This document shows, one piece after another, positions 9,190 through 18,801 of a stretch of 64,000 nt of DNA. Under the pieces are notes generated by a model that saw only the letters and a program-made list of their open reading frames with translations, made no database searches and was not told the origin of the DNA. A program made the translations under genes and the position numbers. Positions within the stretch are counted from its first letter, which is position 1, and the number at the start of each line of letters is the position of its first letter. The stretch is from a virus: positions 22,090 to 86,089 of the IMG/VR virus record IMGVR_UViG_3300042260_000483; one strand, 5' to 3'.

Positions 9190-9402
9190 TTATTCAATTA
9201 CCCTAATAACTCGGGATTCCTTTGCTCCACTAACTTTGTAATCAATTTGGACACCTGCCTCTTCGAAATCTTTTACTACTCTTGCTTCTGCTTCGGTTAC
9301 CGATTGTGCATCTACTAAATAGATTTCTTTTGCTTTCTTGTCTTTACCATTTTTTTGAGTTGCTACTACGACCTCAACGATTACTTCAAAATACTTGTTC
9401 AT
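9190..9402 (-). CDS. DUF4494-like protein
   Basis: YLVDAQSVTEAEARV resembles the Bacteroidota DUF4494 motif as recalled. Confidence 0.65.
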   Translation of the reverse strand: MNKYFEVIVEVVVATQKNGKDKKAKEIYLVDAQSVTEAEARVVKDFEEAGVQIDYKVSGAKESRVIRVIE

Positions 9403-9445
9403 AACTTGTTTTTTAGATTATATTATTATATATTTATTTATTTTA

Positions 9446-9477
9446 CAAAGATACTAAAAAAATTTGAATTTACCAAA
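9446..9477 (-). promoter_or_regulatory. Promoter TTTG-N20-TATCTTTG
   Basis: Consensus match. Confidence 0.75.
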
Positions 9478-9493
9478 CTTTTTTGATTATTTT

Positions 9494-9808
9494 TTATCCA
9501 TTCCACTTCATACCATAGAATTCGTAGTTTTTACGAACCGATTCATCATTTCCTTCTACTGCAATTGCCTCTTCTTCGGTTTCAAATATAGCATCCACCG
9601 GACACTCTGGAATACATGCTCCACATAAAATACATTCATCTGGATTAATGTAGAGTTGTAATCCCTTCTTTTCCTCATCACTCATACCAAGAACTTCTTT
9701 ACCTAATCCATCGATGTTGATAGGACCATTGATAACATCTACTGGACAAACTTGCACACACGCAGTATCACAAACCCCATCACATGCTTTTCCGATTATA
9801 TAACTCAT
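9494..9808 (-). CDS. Dicluster 4Fe-4S ferredoxin
   Basis: C..VCDTACVQVCP and CILCGACIPECP cysteine motifs. Confidence 0.9.
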   Translation of the reverse strand: MSYIIGKACDGVCDTACVQVCPVDVINGPINIDGLGKEVLGMSDEEKKGLQLYINPDECILCGACIPECPVDAIFETEEEAIAVEGNDESVRKNYEFYGMKWNG

Positions 9809-9811
9809 AGT

Positions 9812-10018
9812 TTATTCTTTTAATTTTTTAATATAAAAAGTTTCGTTTTGATAAATTTTTATTTGTGCTGAATTATAGTGTCTAACTATTCCACCTTCAC
9901 ATAAAACTACACACCAAATGTCATTTTCAAATGTCCCACCACTAGTTACATAGATAGCATATCCTTCTTTAGTATCTTCTACAATTACCGGTATTGGTTT
10001 TTTAAATTCTAACATCAT
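9812..10018 (-). CDS. Hypothetical protein
   Basis: ORF; start placed downstream of the promoter at 10020-10051. Confidence 0.65.
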   Translation of the reverse strand: MMLEFKKPIPVIVEDTKEGYAIYVTSGGTFENDIWCVVLCEGGIVRHYNSAQIKIYQNETFYIKKLKE

Positions 10019-10019
10019 A

Positions 10020-10051
10020 CAAAGATACAAAAATTATTTCAAATTTCCAAA
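10020..10051 (-). promoter_or_regulatory. Promoter TTTG-N20-TATCTTTG
   Basis: Consensus match. Confidence 0.6.
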
Positions 10052-10618
10052 TTAATATTCAAATTCTTTTTTAGGACCAGTAAGATTACCATTTACTAAG
10101 AATGAACAATTGAAACATAACATTCTCAAATTATCATATAAATGATTAGTTTTATTACCATCTAAAAAATCTAATACCAATGGAACTTTATTATCAGTAA
10201 TACGTCTTTCCTCAAACCCACAATTATTACATTTTTCCAACATATACCCATTGAGTAATAATCGTTGTTTTAATTTCCAAACCGGATATTCTGGGTATTT
10301 TCCTTTTAAGATATCATCCAATGAAAATTTACCTCTTTTGATATTATATCCTTTACGAATACCAATACCATCTGGATTCTTTAAATCATCGAATATACCA
10401 TATTTACGTGCGTATTTTTTATAGGTGTTGAATGATACCCCTAAGATTCTTGCTGCTTCCATTGCGGAACGTGCCTTTTGTTGAACTGCTTTTATTTCAG
10501 ATTCCAATAAAGGTTGTGCACCCAATCCACGTTTTAATCTTCTTGATTTACTTGCTTGTGATAAATCAGATGTTGGATCGTAATTTGGGAATATTTTATC
10601 GTGTTTATTATTTTCCAT
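10052..10618 (-). CDS. HTH plus degenerate HNH zinc-finger protein
   Basis: AMEAARILGVSFNTY helix-turn-helix; CNNC...LDFLDGNKTN...NLRMLCFNC lacking the catalytic His. Confidence 0.65.
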   Translation of the reverse strand: MENNKHDKIFPNYDPTSDLSQASKSRRLKRGLGAQPLLESEIKAVQQKARSAMEAARILGVSFNTYKKYARKYGIFDDLKNPDGIGIRKGYNIKRGKFSLDDILKGKYPEYPVWKLKQRLLLNGYMLEKCNNCGFEERRITDNKVPLVLDFLDGNKTNHLYDNLRMLCFNCSFLVNGNLTGPKKEFEY

Positions 10619-10673
10619 ACTAATGTTATTTAATATAAGTATAGTATATTATAATTTTTTGATATAGTTTCCG

Positions 10674-11711
10674 TTATTTTTCATCCCTAACTACATCCAA
10701 TGTGACACAATGAGGTCCTCCACTAAACGTTCGTGCATGTCTCATCTTTGTTGGAATAGATTCAATTCCCCACTTTTTCAATTCCATCATTAAAAGAGTT
10801 TGGTGTTCTTCTACCATACAAAGTTTATCGTTTATTGGTAAAATATTCATTCCTAACCAGGGTGATGCAGGACACCAATCTTCTAATACTTGTGTTGGAT
10901 ATGGTTCGGGTGCCCAAATCTTATCGAAATCTTTTAAAAATTCGGGTAAGTTTTGCCATCTAACTCTAGCCGGATTCAAAAGAACCTTACCTTCACCTAA
11001 AAATACAAAGGTAGTATCGATGTGTATATATGCGTAAACATTTTCTGCTAGATGAACATTGTATTCATTACCGAAGGTTTCTTTACAATAAATTTCTAAC
11101 CATTTTGCACCATCCTTATTACCTGTATTTGAAACTAAATAAAGAATATCATTATTATGTTTGATTACGTTCGCAGCATCAAATACTGGTTCACCATCTA
11201 ATAGAGTTGGTATTGATAAATCTTCTCTCTGATAAATTGAATCTAATAATTTTGGTTTTGGTGCATCTACCCAATGATTCGGGTCAAATAAAGGTTTACA
11301 AGTCTCTGCTTCATTTGAACGATGGCGTAGTGTCATGGGTGTTGCAATTACCTTATCATTTACCACAAACATTGAATCTCTTGGACAATAATTGTAATAA
11401 CCATCTACTTCCCAATTTTCAGTTATAATCGGTTGTGAGAAATCTCTAACCTCTGGTCTATGAACTTTTACTCCTAATGAACGAAGTGTATTCGCTATCC
11501 CATCTAAATCTTCGCGAGTTTCATCTATTAATTTTTGAGGATATACCCCACTTGGTCTATTAGCAAATTCTTCATCGGATAAATGTGCGTAATCAATTGA
11601 ATGTAAACACTTATCTCCTTTAGTTGGTACCTGTGCATAATCTGCAGTTCCTACTATAATTTCTCTTAATTGTCCCCATTCATTTCGGACATTCGGTTTT
11701 ATCAATTCCAT
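10674..11711 (-). CDS. Amidinotransferase (glycine/inosamine-phosphate amidinotransferase family)
   Basis: NEWGQLREIIVG, CPRD, FDAA, HIDTT and GGPHCVTLD catalytic motifs. Confidence 0.9.
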   Translation of the reverse strand: MELIKPNVRNEWGQLREIIVGTADYAQVPTKGDKCLHSIDYAHLSDEEFANRPSGVYPQKLIDETREDLDGIANTLRSLGVKVHRPEVRDFSQPIITENWEVDGYYNYCPRDSMFVVNDKVIATPMTLRHRSNEAETCKPLFDPNHWVDAPKPKLLDSIYQREDLSIPTLLDGEPVFDAANVIKHNNDILYLVSNTGNKDGAKWLEIYCKETFGNEYNVHLAENVYAYIHIDTTFVFLGEGKVLLNPARVRWQNLPEFLKDFDKIWAPEPYPTQVLEDWCPASPWLGMNILPINDKLCMVEEHQTLLMMELKKWGIESIPTKMRHARTFSGGPHCVTLDVVRDEK

Positions 11712-11714
11712 AAC

Positions 11715-12593
11715 TTATATAACTTTTGGTATAATATATTTTGTGTTTTTGTAGGTTTCCCAATCTATTTCTTTAATTGGTGTATCCAACATTCCATCGT
11801 TTACCAATTTATTATAAATTACATTTGCAATCAGTTTATTACCCTTTAACCCAATGTGCATATCGTTTGATTGATGACCAGTTTCATCTTTAATTGTTAA
11901 TTTATTTACAAATGAAAAATCCATCATATCTTTTGTTTGTTGAAAATATTTTCCATCTCCGAATAATAATTCACATGATTTTCGATACTCATGATTCTGT
12001 GGTGTCATTGTAAAATAATAATTTATATTTTTGGATTCTAAATATGCAAGAAACAAATCTACCATTCTTCTATGTTCATCAACTTCATTTTTAATATCAA
12101 AAAAATCAGTTAAATAAGTTTCAAAAAAAGGGTCATAGGTTTCTAATAATTTAATAGTTTCATCCGAATCATAATTGTAATGATTTGCAGTTGCTAAGAA
12201 AACTGCTTTATCATTTTCATCAATCTGATAATTACAAATTATATAATCATTTATTTTCTTAAAGAAAAATTCTCTTCTACCTAATCCAGTAATTTCAAAT
12301 ATAAAAATATGTTCATCTTTATTAAAACCATGTGAATCAATAATTTCATATGATTTTCTAATTACTCTTTCATTACCACATCCTTGTTTTCCAAAATTAT
12401 TAACCTTTACATTTTTTGAAACTAACTTTTGTATTTGTCCTGGATATGAAAAGTTAAAAATGGTTTTTTCTTCGTTTGTTATATGGCCATACAATTTATT
12501 AATGAACCACCCTTGTGTAGGTGAATCGAATTCGAAACCACCTCCAGCAGTGTTTGATGTTCCAAAACAATTTATGTATTTAATTTTTGTCAT
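11715..12593 (-). CDS. SGNH/GDSL-like protein
   Basis: FGTSNTAGGG, N.G..GCGN and C-terminal DMHIG..GN. Confidence 0.6.
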   Translation of the reverse strand: MTKIKYINCFGTSNTAGGGFEFDSPTQGWFINKLYGHITNEEKTIFNFSYPGQIQKLVSKNVKVNNFGKQGCGNERVIRKSYEIIDSHGFNKDEHIFIFEITGLGRREFFFKKINDYIICNYQIDENDKAVFLATANHYNYDSDETIKLLETYDPFFETYLTDFFDIKNEVDEHRRMVDLFLAYLESKNINYYFTMTPQNHEYRKSCELLFGDGKYFQQTKDMMDFSFVNKLTIKDETGHQSNDMHIGLKGNKLIANVIYNKLVNDGMLDTPIKEIDWETYKNTKYIIPKVI

Positions 12594-12801
12594 CTTTCTT
12601 TAGACCATATTTAATCCACTTATACCATACTCGTTCATGTAGATAATATTGAATCGGTTTATACACCAATTCTGCAATACCAAACGCAGTTCCAACTTCA
12701 ATTGAACCACTTATCCACCACATCAAAAGAAACCCTACAAGGGTACTTAAAATACGATAGGAGATGGTTTTAGCAATATGACGTTTAGGTTGGACTATCA
12801 T
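12580..12801 (-). CDS. DUF2061-like small membrane protein
   Basis: RHIAKTISYR...YYLHERVW. Confidence 0.75.
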   Translation of the reverse strand: MIVQPKRHIAKTISYRILSTLVGFLLMWWISGSIEVGTAFGIAELVYKPIQYYLHERVWYKWIKYGLKKDDKN

Positions 12802-13181
12802 TATCCTTTATTTTCATCGTAGGTTAATGAACCATCTGGTTTCATATGACCAGTTCTGATTGCAGTTCCGCTAATTGATGCAATATCAGTTGGTGGTTCG
12901 TGGTATATGACATCATACCCAACTCCTCTACCATAATTTACTGATTCGATATCTGGTATGATTGAAATGTATAATCTACCCGTAGATAAATAACCTTTTA
13001 ATTCTTCTGTCAAATTATCTAATATTTCTTTTGCAGTTTTGGGATTGTTATCATCTCTATCAACATCTCTAATTGCAATCCAAACATTATTACCTTTTTG
13101 GAATTGTTGATCAATTAACCATTGATGACCAGAATGCCAGTTTTGCCATCTACCGATGTAAAGTGCGTATTTTTTATTCAT
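12801..13181 (-). CDS. Cytidylyltransferase-like (HxGH) nucleotidyltransferase
   Basis: IGRWQNWHSGH and ISGTAIR. Confidence 0.75.
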   Translation of the reverse strand: MNKKYALYIGRWQNWHSGHQWLIDQQFQKGNNVWIAIRDVDRDDNNPKTAKEILDNLTEELKGYLSTGRLYISIIPDIESVNYGRGVGYDVIYHEPPTDIASISGTAIRTGHMKPDGSLTYDENKG

Positions 13182-13651
13182 TATAATTTTTTTAATTTAT
13201 TCAAATGATTTATTAATTTTGAAAATGAAATATCCGGTGAATCTTTTGTAGTATTCACATCGATGAAATTTACTTGAGGGGATTCGTAATCTTTAACGTG
13301 GAAATGATCACGTTCTCTAGGTTCGGTTGTGTGGACGTAAATCTCAACCATATCTGGTCCGATTTTATCTTTCAACTCTTCCCGTAGTTCGATGAATGGT
13401 GCAACTAATGAAACGACAACATCACATCTATTTAAGTGTAGATATTCAACTATTGTCTGTGCAGTTCTGATATTATTCTTTCTACCTTCTTCAGAATAAT
13501 CTTTATTATTAGTAATTTCACGCAGATGATCACCATCTAAATGAAATACGTTTTTACGCCAATTGCGTTTTTCTGTTTCTAAAAACTTATGTAACTTTTT
13601 ACCTAAGACAGTTTTACCTGCTCCTGGTTGTCCTGTAAACCAATATATCAT
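13181..13651 (-). CDS. cysC: Adenylyl-sulfate kinase
   Basis: WFTGQPGAGKT, LDGD.LR, R..NI, AP and YE.P. Confidence 0.85.
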   Translation of the reverse strand: MIYWFTGQPGAGKTVLGKKLHKFLETEKRNWRKNVFHLDGDHLREITNNKDYSEEGRKNNIRTAQTIVEYLHLNRCDVVVSLVAPFIELREELKDKIGPDMVEIYVHTTEPRERDHFHVKDYESPQVNFIDVNTTKDSPDISFSKLINHLNKLKKL

Positions 13652-13673
13652 TGTGTAACTTTTTTTATTATAA

Positions 13674-15233
13674 CTACTTAGTTCGTTTTTTAATTATATT
13701 TTCAACAACTTCACTTAATCCTAATTTATCACTATAATCTGAAATTTCATAGTAATCGGAATCTTGAAGTTCTCTTTCAATTTTACTCCATGCCGAATTT
13801 GGATTTTTAGTGATAACTGCTGCTATCTTTTTTCTTCCAAACGCTCCGGCCTTTTGATATAATTTTTGAATTGCTTTAAAATGCCAATCACCCAACCCTA
13901 CTTCGTATAAATTACCATCTTCACTATCTGGATTATCAATTGCATTCTTTTCAGTTGGTGTTCCGGATAATTTATCAGAATGACGTGGTAATAAGAATGT
14001 ATCAGTTAGATTAGAACCATATTCTTTTAATTGAGATAAGAATACAGAATAATCAAAATCAATATTCTCTTCTTTAAATTGCTTAATCATATTTAAAGCA
14101 ATTTCTTTTCGATTTTCTTTATCTTTAACTTGTTTTAAAATATCAATTATACCAACAACCATTTCTCTTTCGTTATCAGAAAGTTCATCGTTTATTGATT
14201 CGGTTTTTATTTTTCTCTTTTGTTGAATGATTTGTTGAATTTGTGAAAATATAGTTTGTATATCTTTATCCAACTTTTTTTCATCTGCTGACATTGGTGA
14301 TTCAATATCTACATCTGAATATAATTTTTTCTTTTTGGCAATTAAAACATCTACTTTTTTAATTAAATCAGTTCTGACTTTATCTAAATCCTTTATAATA
14401 TCGGATGGGTTAGATGATTCGGTTACCGATTCTCTCATTTTTCCTAAATGTTTAAGTGCATCTTTTGCATTCTTCTTAAAGTAATCTTCAACTTCTTTTT
14501 TGGTATCAAATGATATTTGTCCTTTTCCTTTCTTCACATCATCTACCCAAAATGAATCAGAATCTCTATCAAATGAGTAATATCCTATAAGTTTATTATT
14601 GTATAAAACTTTACCATCCTTTATATCCCAACTTTCATTAAGTTTAGATTCTTTTACGATTTTTACTGGGTTTAAATGTGTTCCCAATTTATCACTATAA
14701 GCCATTACATAATGAGTTCCATCTTGGCCGATGTGTTTGTTAAAGTTTTTAATTTTAGACCACTCTTTTTTAGTAATGGTTTGTATTTCAGGTGCTTCGT
14801 TCATATTTTCACTTTCTAAATCTTCTTGTCCAGAATCATCTTTATCAAAATTAGTATCATCGTAATCTTCTCTAGGTGTAGTTCCTAATTGACTATGTTG
14901 GTCTGAAACTCTACCTACTAACCAATTTGCTGGAAAGTTTTCATTTACATCCATTTCATCATCGGAACGTAAAGAATCTTTAGGTGCAGAAGGTTGTGTT
15001 TGATGGTTTGGAATCATCATTGCATATTCCTTTAATCGTTTTACAATTTCTTGCTTTACCTTCTTAGGTAATCCCTTATGTTTGGTAGATGCAAAATCAT
15101 TAACATCAGATGGATTCATATCTTTTGCAACTTTCTTTAATTCAGCAGATGCATCAGATTGATTCATATCACCTTTTTGAAGTGCATGAACCATACCCAT
15201 AAATTTTTGTTGTTGTTTTGATGATGACGGCAT
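13674..15233 (-). CDS. Modular putative internal head polyprotein with N-terminal DUF3008-like domain
   Basis: MPSSSKQQQKFMG...DFASTKHKGLP; modules separated by VNE/MNE/LNE/ESVTE/ESIND/LKE. Confidence 0.6.
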   Translation of the reverse strand: MPSSSKQQQKFMGMVHALQKGDMNQSDASAELKKVAKDMNPSDVNDFASTKHKGLPKKVKQEIVKRLKEYAMMIPNHQTQPSAPKDSLRSDDEMDVNENFPANWLVGRVSDQHSQLGTTPREDYDDTNFDKDDSGQEDLESENMNEAPEIQTITKKEWSKIKNFNKHIGQDGTHYVMAYSDKLGTHLNPVKIVKESKLNESWDIKDGKVLYNNKLIGYYSFDRDSDSFWVDDVKKGKGQISFDTKKEVEDYFKKNAKDALKHLGKMRESVTESSNPSDIIKDLDKVRTDLIKKVDVLIAKKKKLYSDVDIESPMSADEKKLDKDIQTIFSQIQQIIQQKRKIKTESINDELSDNEREMVVGIIDILKQVKDKENRKEIALNMIKQFKEENIDFDYSVFLSQLKEYGSNLTDTFLLPRHSDKLSGTPTEKNAIDNPDSEDGNLYEVGLGDWHFKAIQKLYQKAGAFGRKKIAAVITKNPNSAWSKIERELQDSDYYEISDYSDKLGLSEVVENIIKKRTK

Positions 15234-15259
15234 AGTATTATCAATAATTCTTTATATCA

Positions 15260-15268
15260 TATAAATAT
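15260..15268 (-). promoter_or_regulatory. Putative late-promoter motif ATATTTATA
   Basis: Recurrent motif upstream of a start codon. Confidence 0.5.
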
Positions 15269-15286
15269 ATGAATTAGAGTTTTCCG

Positions 15287-15511
15287 TTATTTAGTTTTTT
15301 CTTCGTACCAGATATTTTTAGGATTGTTCTTAAAAGTGCCATCTATTCTCCACATTATCTCATTGGAATAATATTGACCTTTTTCTGGGTTGGTGAAATG
15401 TAAGTAGATGAAGAATACATCAAATAATAATGCAAATGATATCCACATTAGTGTGAATATTGCGAATCCTTTAAATAATAACTCTGAACATTTTGTTAAA
15501 AACCTTTTCAT
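15287..15511 (-). CDS. Small membrane protein
   Basis: One hydrophobic helix; GGGAG upstream. Confidence 0.6.
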   Translation of the reverse strand: MKRFLTKCSELLFKGFAIFTLMWISFALLFDVFFIYLHFTNPEKGQYYSNEIMWRIDGTFKNNPKNIWYEEKTK

Positions 15512-15533
15512 GTATCATACTCCCTTTATTTTA

Positions 15534-15542
15534 TATAAATAT
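15534..15542 (-). promoter_or_regulatory. Putative late-promoter motif ATATTTATA
   Basis: Recurrent motif. Confidence 0.5.
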
Positions 15543-15566
15543 AAGAAAATGATTACAAAATATAAA

Positions 15567-16115
15567 TTAGTGTTTTATTTGCTGAACTCTCCACTTAACA
15601 TTCTTACTACGCAACATTTGTTTTGCTGCTTCAACATTCTTTTCGGAATCATCTGCAAAGTAAATATCATCATACCCATCGTTATCAATTTTCTTCTCAA
15701 TCCAATCTGCTTTATCTTTTGGATTATTAGAACCTAACGCAACTACAAATACTTTGTTTGAATTGATTCCAATATCTTTTAAGTAATTTTTAATTGGTTG
15801 ATATGCAGCACGGGCAGTTAAAATATACACACCTTCTCCACCACTAACTCTAATTATGTTTTTAAGAATATTTGTTATTTTAGTAATTTCTTCTGGGTTC
15901 TTAACAGATTCAAAATCTTTAAAATCATATACATCACCTGGTCTTTCAGTATAAACTGCGTATTGACCGGGAGTTAATTTAGATTTTTTACCATCTGAAT
16001 GTGTAATGTATATAAATGATGTTGTTTTTACTAGAGTATCATCAAAATCGAATATCCTCAATTTTTTTGATTCTACGAATAAACTTCTACTTATCATGTC
16101 TGTTAATTTTATCAT
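15567..16115 (-). CDS. HAD-family phosphatase with MIKL.D leader
   Basis: IFDFDDTL, ILTAR, K and FADDS. Confidence 0.8.
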   Translation of the reverse strand: MIKLTDMISRSLFVESKKLRIFDFDDTLVKTTSFIYITHSDGKKSKLTPGQYAVYTERPGDVYDFKDFESVKNPEEITKITNILKNIIRVSGGEGVYILTARAAYQPIKNYLKDIGINSNKVFVVALGSNNPKDKADWIEKKIDNDGYDDIYFADDSEKNVEAAKQMLRSKNVKWRVQQIKH

Positions 16116-16918
16116 TATAAATTGTCCAATTTCTTTTGAGCTTTTACTATATTTTGTTGAGCGGTTTTAATTGCATCTTGTTTCCAACTTATGTTTTTCT
16201 TTTTCCAAAATACTATACTATCTTCTTCCGATTGTTTCTTTTGTTGATTGTAATATTTTTCATCATTATTGTAATTTTGAGCAACACCTCTTTTAACAAT
16301 TTCTTCCCAACTTGGCCAGATGAATGGTTTCCCCGATACGTTATCACCATCATTAACCATCTTCAAAATTTGTTTATCATTGAATTTAGAATTTTTATCA
16401 ATTAAATTCTGATTTAATTCAATAACTTTTTTATTATGTTCAATTTCCTTTTGTAATTTCTCACCTTTGGATAATTTAACCAATTCAGCTTTCAACTTTT
16501 GAGTTTCAATAGATTGGCCAGTTTGTGGTAAGGTTGTTTTAGTTAAATAACGAAAGTGTAATTTCTGAATGTTATACCCACCTGCATAAATTACTTCGGT
16601 GTTGAATGGGTATTTATTACCATCTCTTTCGATTATACAACTGATTTGAAATGAACCTTTAGATGAATTTTTTACTTTAACCTCACTCATTTTATCAGTA
16701 GATAATGTATATTTTTCCAAAGCCTTAACCATATCATATTTTAAGGTGATTTCGGTGTAATATGCATCATAATCACTAAACACTTTATCTTCTTTTTTAT
16801 ACCTTTGTTTAGTATCTTCGATGATATCAGCAATTAAGGGTTTTAATTCTGCCAATAATCGTTTGATTAGTGGATTTTTAGTTTCTCCCTCATTTAGTAA
16901 ATCTCTTAATTTTATCAT
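16115..16918 (-). CDS. Hypothetical protein with MIKLRDLLNE leader
   Basis: 267-aa ORF. Confidence 0.7.
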   Translation of the reverse strand: MIKLRDLLNEGETKNPLIKRLLAELKPLIADIIEDTKQRYKKEDKVFSDYDAYYTEITLKYDMVKALEKYTLSTDKMSEVKVKNSSKGSFQISCIIERDGNKYPFNTEVIYAGGYNIQKLHFRYLTKTTLPQTGQSIETQKLKAELVKLSKGEKLQKEIEHNKKVIELNQNLIDKNSKFNDKQILKMVNDGDNVSGKPFIWPSWEEIVKRGVAQNYNNDEKYYNQQKKQSEEDSIVFWKKKNISWKQDAIKTAQQNIVKAQKKLDNL

Positions 16919-16941
16919 CTTATCTCTTAACGTTTATAAAG

Positions 16942-16973
16942 CTAATATAGTAATAATATTTGATATTACCAAA
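16942..16973 (-). promoter_or_regulatory. Promoter TTTG-N20-TATATTAG
   Basis: Recurrent motif. Confidence 0.7.
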
Positions 16974-16978
16974 TATTT

Positions 16979-17746
16979 TTAATACTTTTTTATCACTTTA
17001 TAATCAATTATTCCGGTTGGTTTTATGATAATTTCGTTCCACAGATTTGTCTTATTTTCTCTGCAATCATCTACGTTTTTACATAAGTTCGATTCTTCAT
17101 CTTGATATGCAAAACGGAATAGATTTGCTGCTCTATCACCATTATCAACTACCAATGATTTTACATCAGATTTGAATGCTGCTACTAATTTACCTTTTAT
17201 TCTTACTAAGATATTACTATCTGGTCTGAAGAATTCTTTAGCCTGAGTTGTGAAGGTTGAAATTGAAAATTGTGATTTATTCTGAATACCATCTATGATA
17301 TTTGCTAAACCCTCTTTATTTGTCCAATGTAGGGTTTTAACTATCTCATTGGTAGTTCCATAGACATCTTCAGTAAAACTCTTATCTAGGAGGATATATG
17401 GTTCAATTGCACCCCTACTATAAAAGAATGCAAACTTATCATTGTTTATATTAACGATATAATCTTTAAATTCATCTTTTAATCCCCAAACTCTATGATT
17501 TACAAAATCTTCAATGAAATCTAAAACCATTTTTTGTTTAAGTTGTGGGTATCGCTGAGTTTCTACATACAATTGAAATCCAAACCATTGATTTACTAAT
17601 GAAACTAATTGGGGATTATTATCAATCATTCCACCTCTTGTATCAAATCCTTGTTGTTCTAATGCAATGAATTGTTTGGCAATACTCTCCCACTCCGCAA
17701 TAGTTGCAAAATTCTTATATGGGTGAACGTATCCTCTTACTTCCAT
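16979..17746 (-). CDS. Hypothetical protein, possible ADP-ribosyltransferase-like C-terminal domain
   Basis: LHWT..GL..I / ISTFT / NEIII pattern; function tentative. Confidence 0.55.
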   Translation of the reverse strand: MEVRGYVHPYKNFATIAEWESIAKQFIALEQQGFDTRGGMIDNNPQLVSLVNQWFGFQLYVETQRYPQLKQKMVLDFIEDFVNHRVWGLKDEFKDYIVNINNDKFAFFYSRGAIEPYILLDKSFTEDVYGTTNEIVKTLHWTNKEGLANIIDGIQNKSQFSISTFTTQAKEFFRPDSNILVRIKGKLVAAFKSDVKSLVVDNGDRAANLFRFAYQDEESNLCKNVDDCRENKTNLWNEIIIKPTGIIDYKVIKKY

Positions 17747-17751
17747 TTTAA

Positions 17752-18111
17752 TTAATATTTCCTTTCAGGATCTGGATGGGGTGTTGTATCGATATATTGG
17801 TCTACTTCTTTTTTATCATATAGATTTTTAACAAATTCGTATCCACCATGATGTATCGAATCATGTGATTGTGGTTTACCTGCCAATTCTGCATTGTTGT
17901 GGTCAATATCATGTTGATGCATAATAGTTCCCATTTTGTGAAATGTAATTTCTTCCCAATCTTTTAATGAATCATTGAATATGTGATATAATCTACTTTT
18001 TTCCCAACCCTTAGCAATAGTTTCTTCATCTGCAAATGGCCAGTTCCACCCCACCTCACCACAATTGTAGGTAGGACTTATTTCTTGTAATATATCAACC
18101 AATTTAATCAT
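17752..18111 (-). CDS. Hypothetical protein with MIKLVDILQE leader
   Basis: His-rich ORF. Confidence 0.7.
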   Translation of the reverse strand: MIKLVDILQEISPTYNCGEVGWNWPFADEETIAKGWEKSRLYHIFNDSLKDWEEITFHKMGTIMHQHDIDHNNAELAGKPQSHDSIHHGGYEFVKNLYDKKEVDQYIDTTPHPDPERKY

Positions 18112-18458
18112 TATAATCTCTTTAATAAATCATCCATATTAATCTCAAAAGCATAACCTGCTCCACTATATGTCTTATCAAAGATGACTTTTAATTTTAA
18201 TTTTTTTTCTAATTGTTGTTTTAATAATTCCAAAAAATCAGCATCGCCACCTTTACCCATTCCTCTTTTAGCTAAGGTATATTGAGCAAGATTTCCACTT
18301 AATTTTTGTTTTATTGAATCAATTCCATCCACATCTTTCATTGATGATGGTAATAAAATAATTTTACCATTTTTTGGTATCGGTGTAAATTTTACATTTC
18401 CTGACCAATGTGGAAACTCAAACCCATTACTTTCTTTTAATATATCTTTTAATTTCAT
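18111..18458 (-). CDS. Hypothetical protein with MKLKDILKE leader
   Basis: ORF on the coding strand. Confidence 0.7.
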   Translation of the reverse strand: MKLKDILKESNGFEFPHWSGNVKFTPIPKNGKIILLPSSMKDVDGIDSIKQKLSGNLAQYTLAKRGMGKGGDADFLELLKQQLEKKLKLKVIFDKTYSGAGYAFEINMDDLLKRL

Positions 18459-18459
18459 A

Positions 18460-18786
18460 TTAGTTAATATAATAAGTTAATTCAAATTTACCACTCTCCA
18501 TTCCATATACTGAAATGTTAAGGTTTTTTCTTTGTGGTTTCCCACCTTTTAATACCCCAACACTAAATGTATTAGTTTTACCAGCACTTGGTCTTGAACG
18601 AGAATACTTACCACCTAATGCAATTTGAGTTTGCCAATCATCTTCGTTGATTTCAAATCCTCTTTTTTCTGCTGCTTTTCTAGCGTAAGAAACTGCATCG
18701 GTAAATGAGTTAAAATAGGTATCGTTGACCTCGTTAATACTTGGTGTTATTTTTGCGTTAGCAATAATTGACTTTAATGTTATCAT
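18460..18786 (-). CDS. Hypothetical protein (MITLKSII...SINE leader)
   Basis: ORF on the coding strand. Confidence 0.7.
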   Translation of the reverse strand: MITLKSIIANAKITPSINEVNDTYFNSFTDAVSYARKAAEKRGFEINEDDWQTQIALGGKYSRSRPSAGKTNTFSVGVLKGGKPQRKNLNISVYGMESGKFELTYYIN

Positions 18787-18801
18787 GATATTTAATTTTT
18801 A

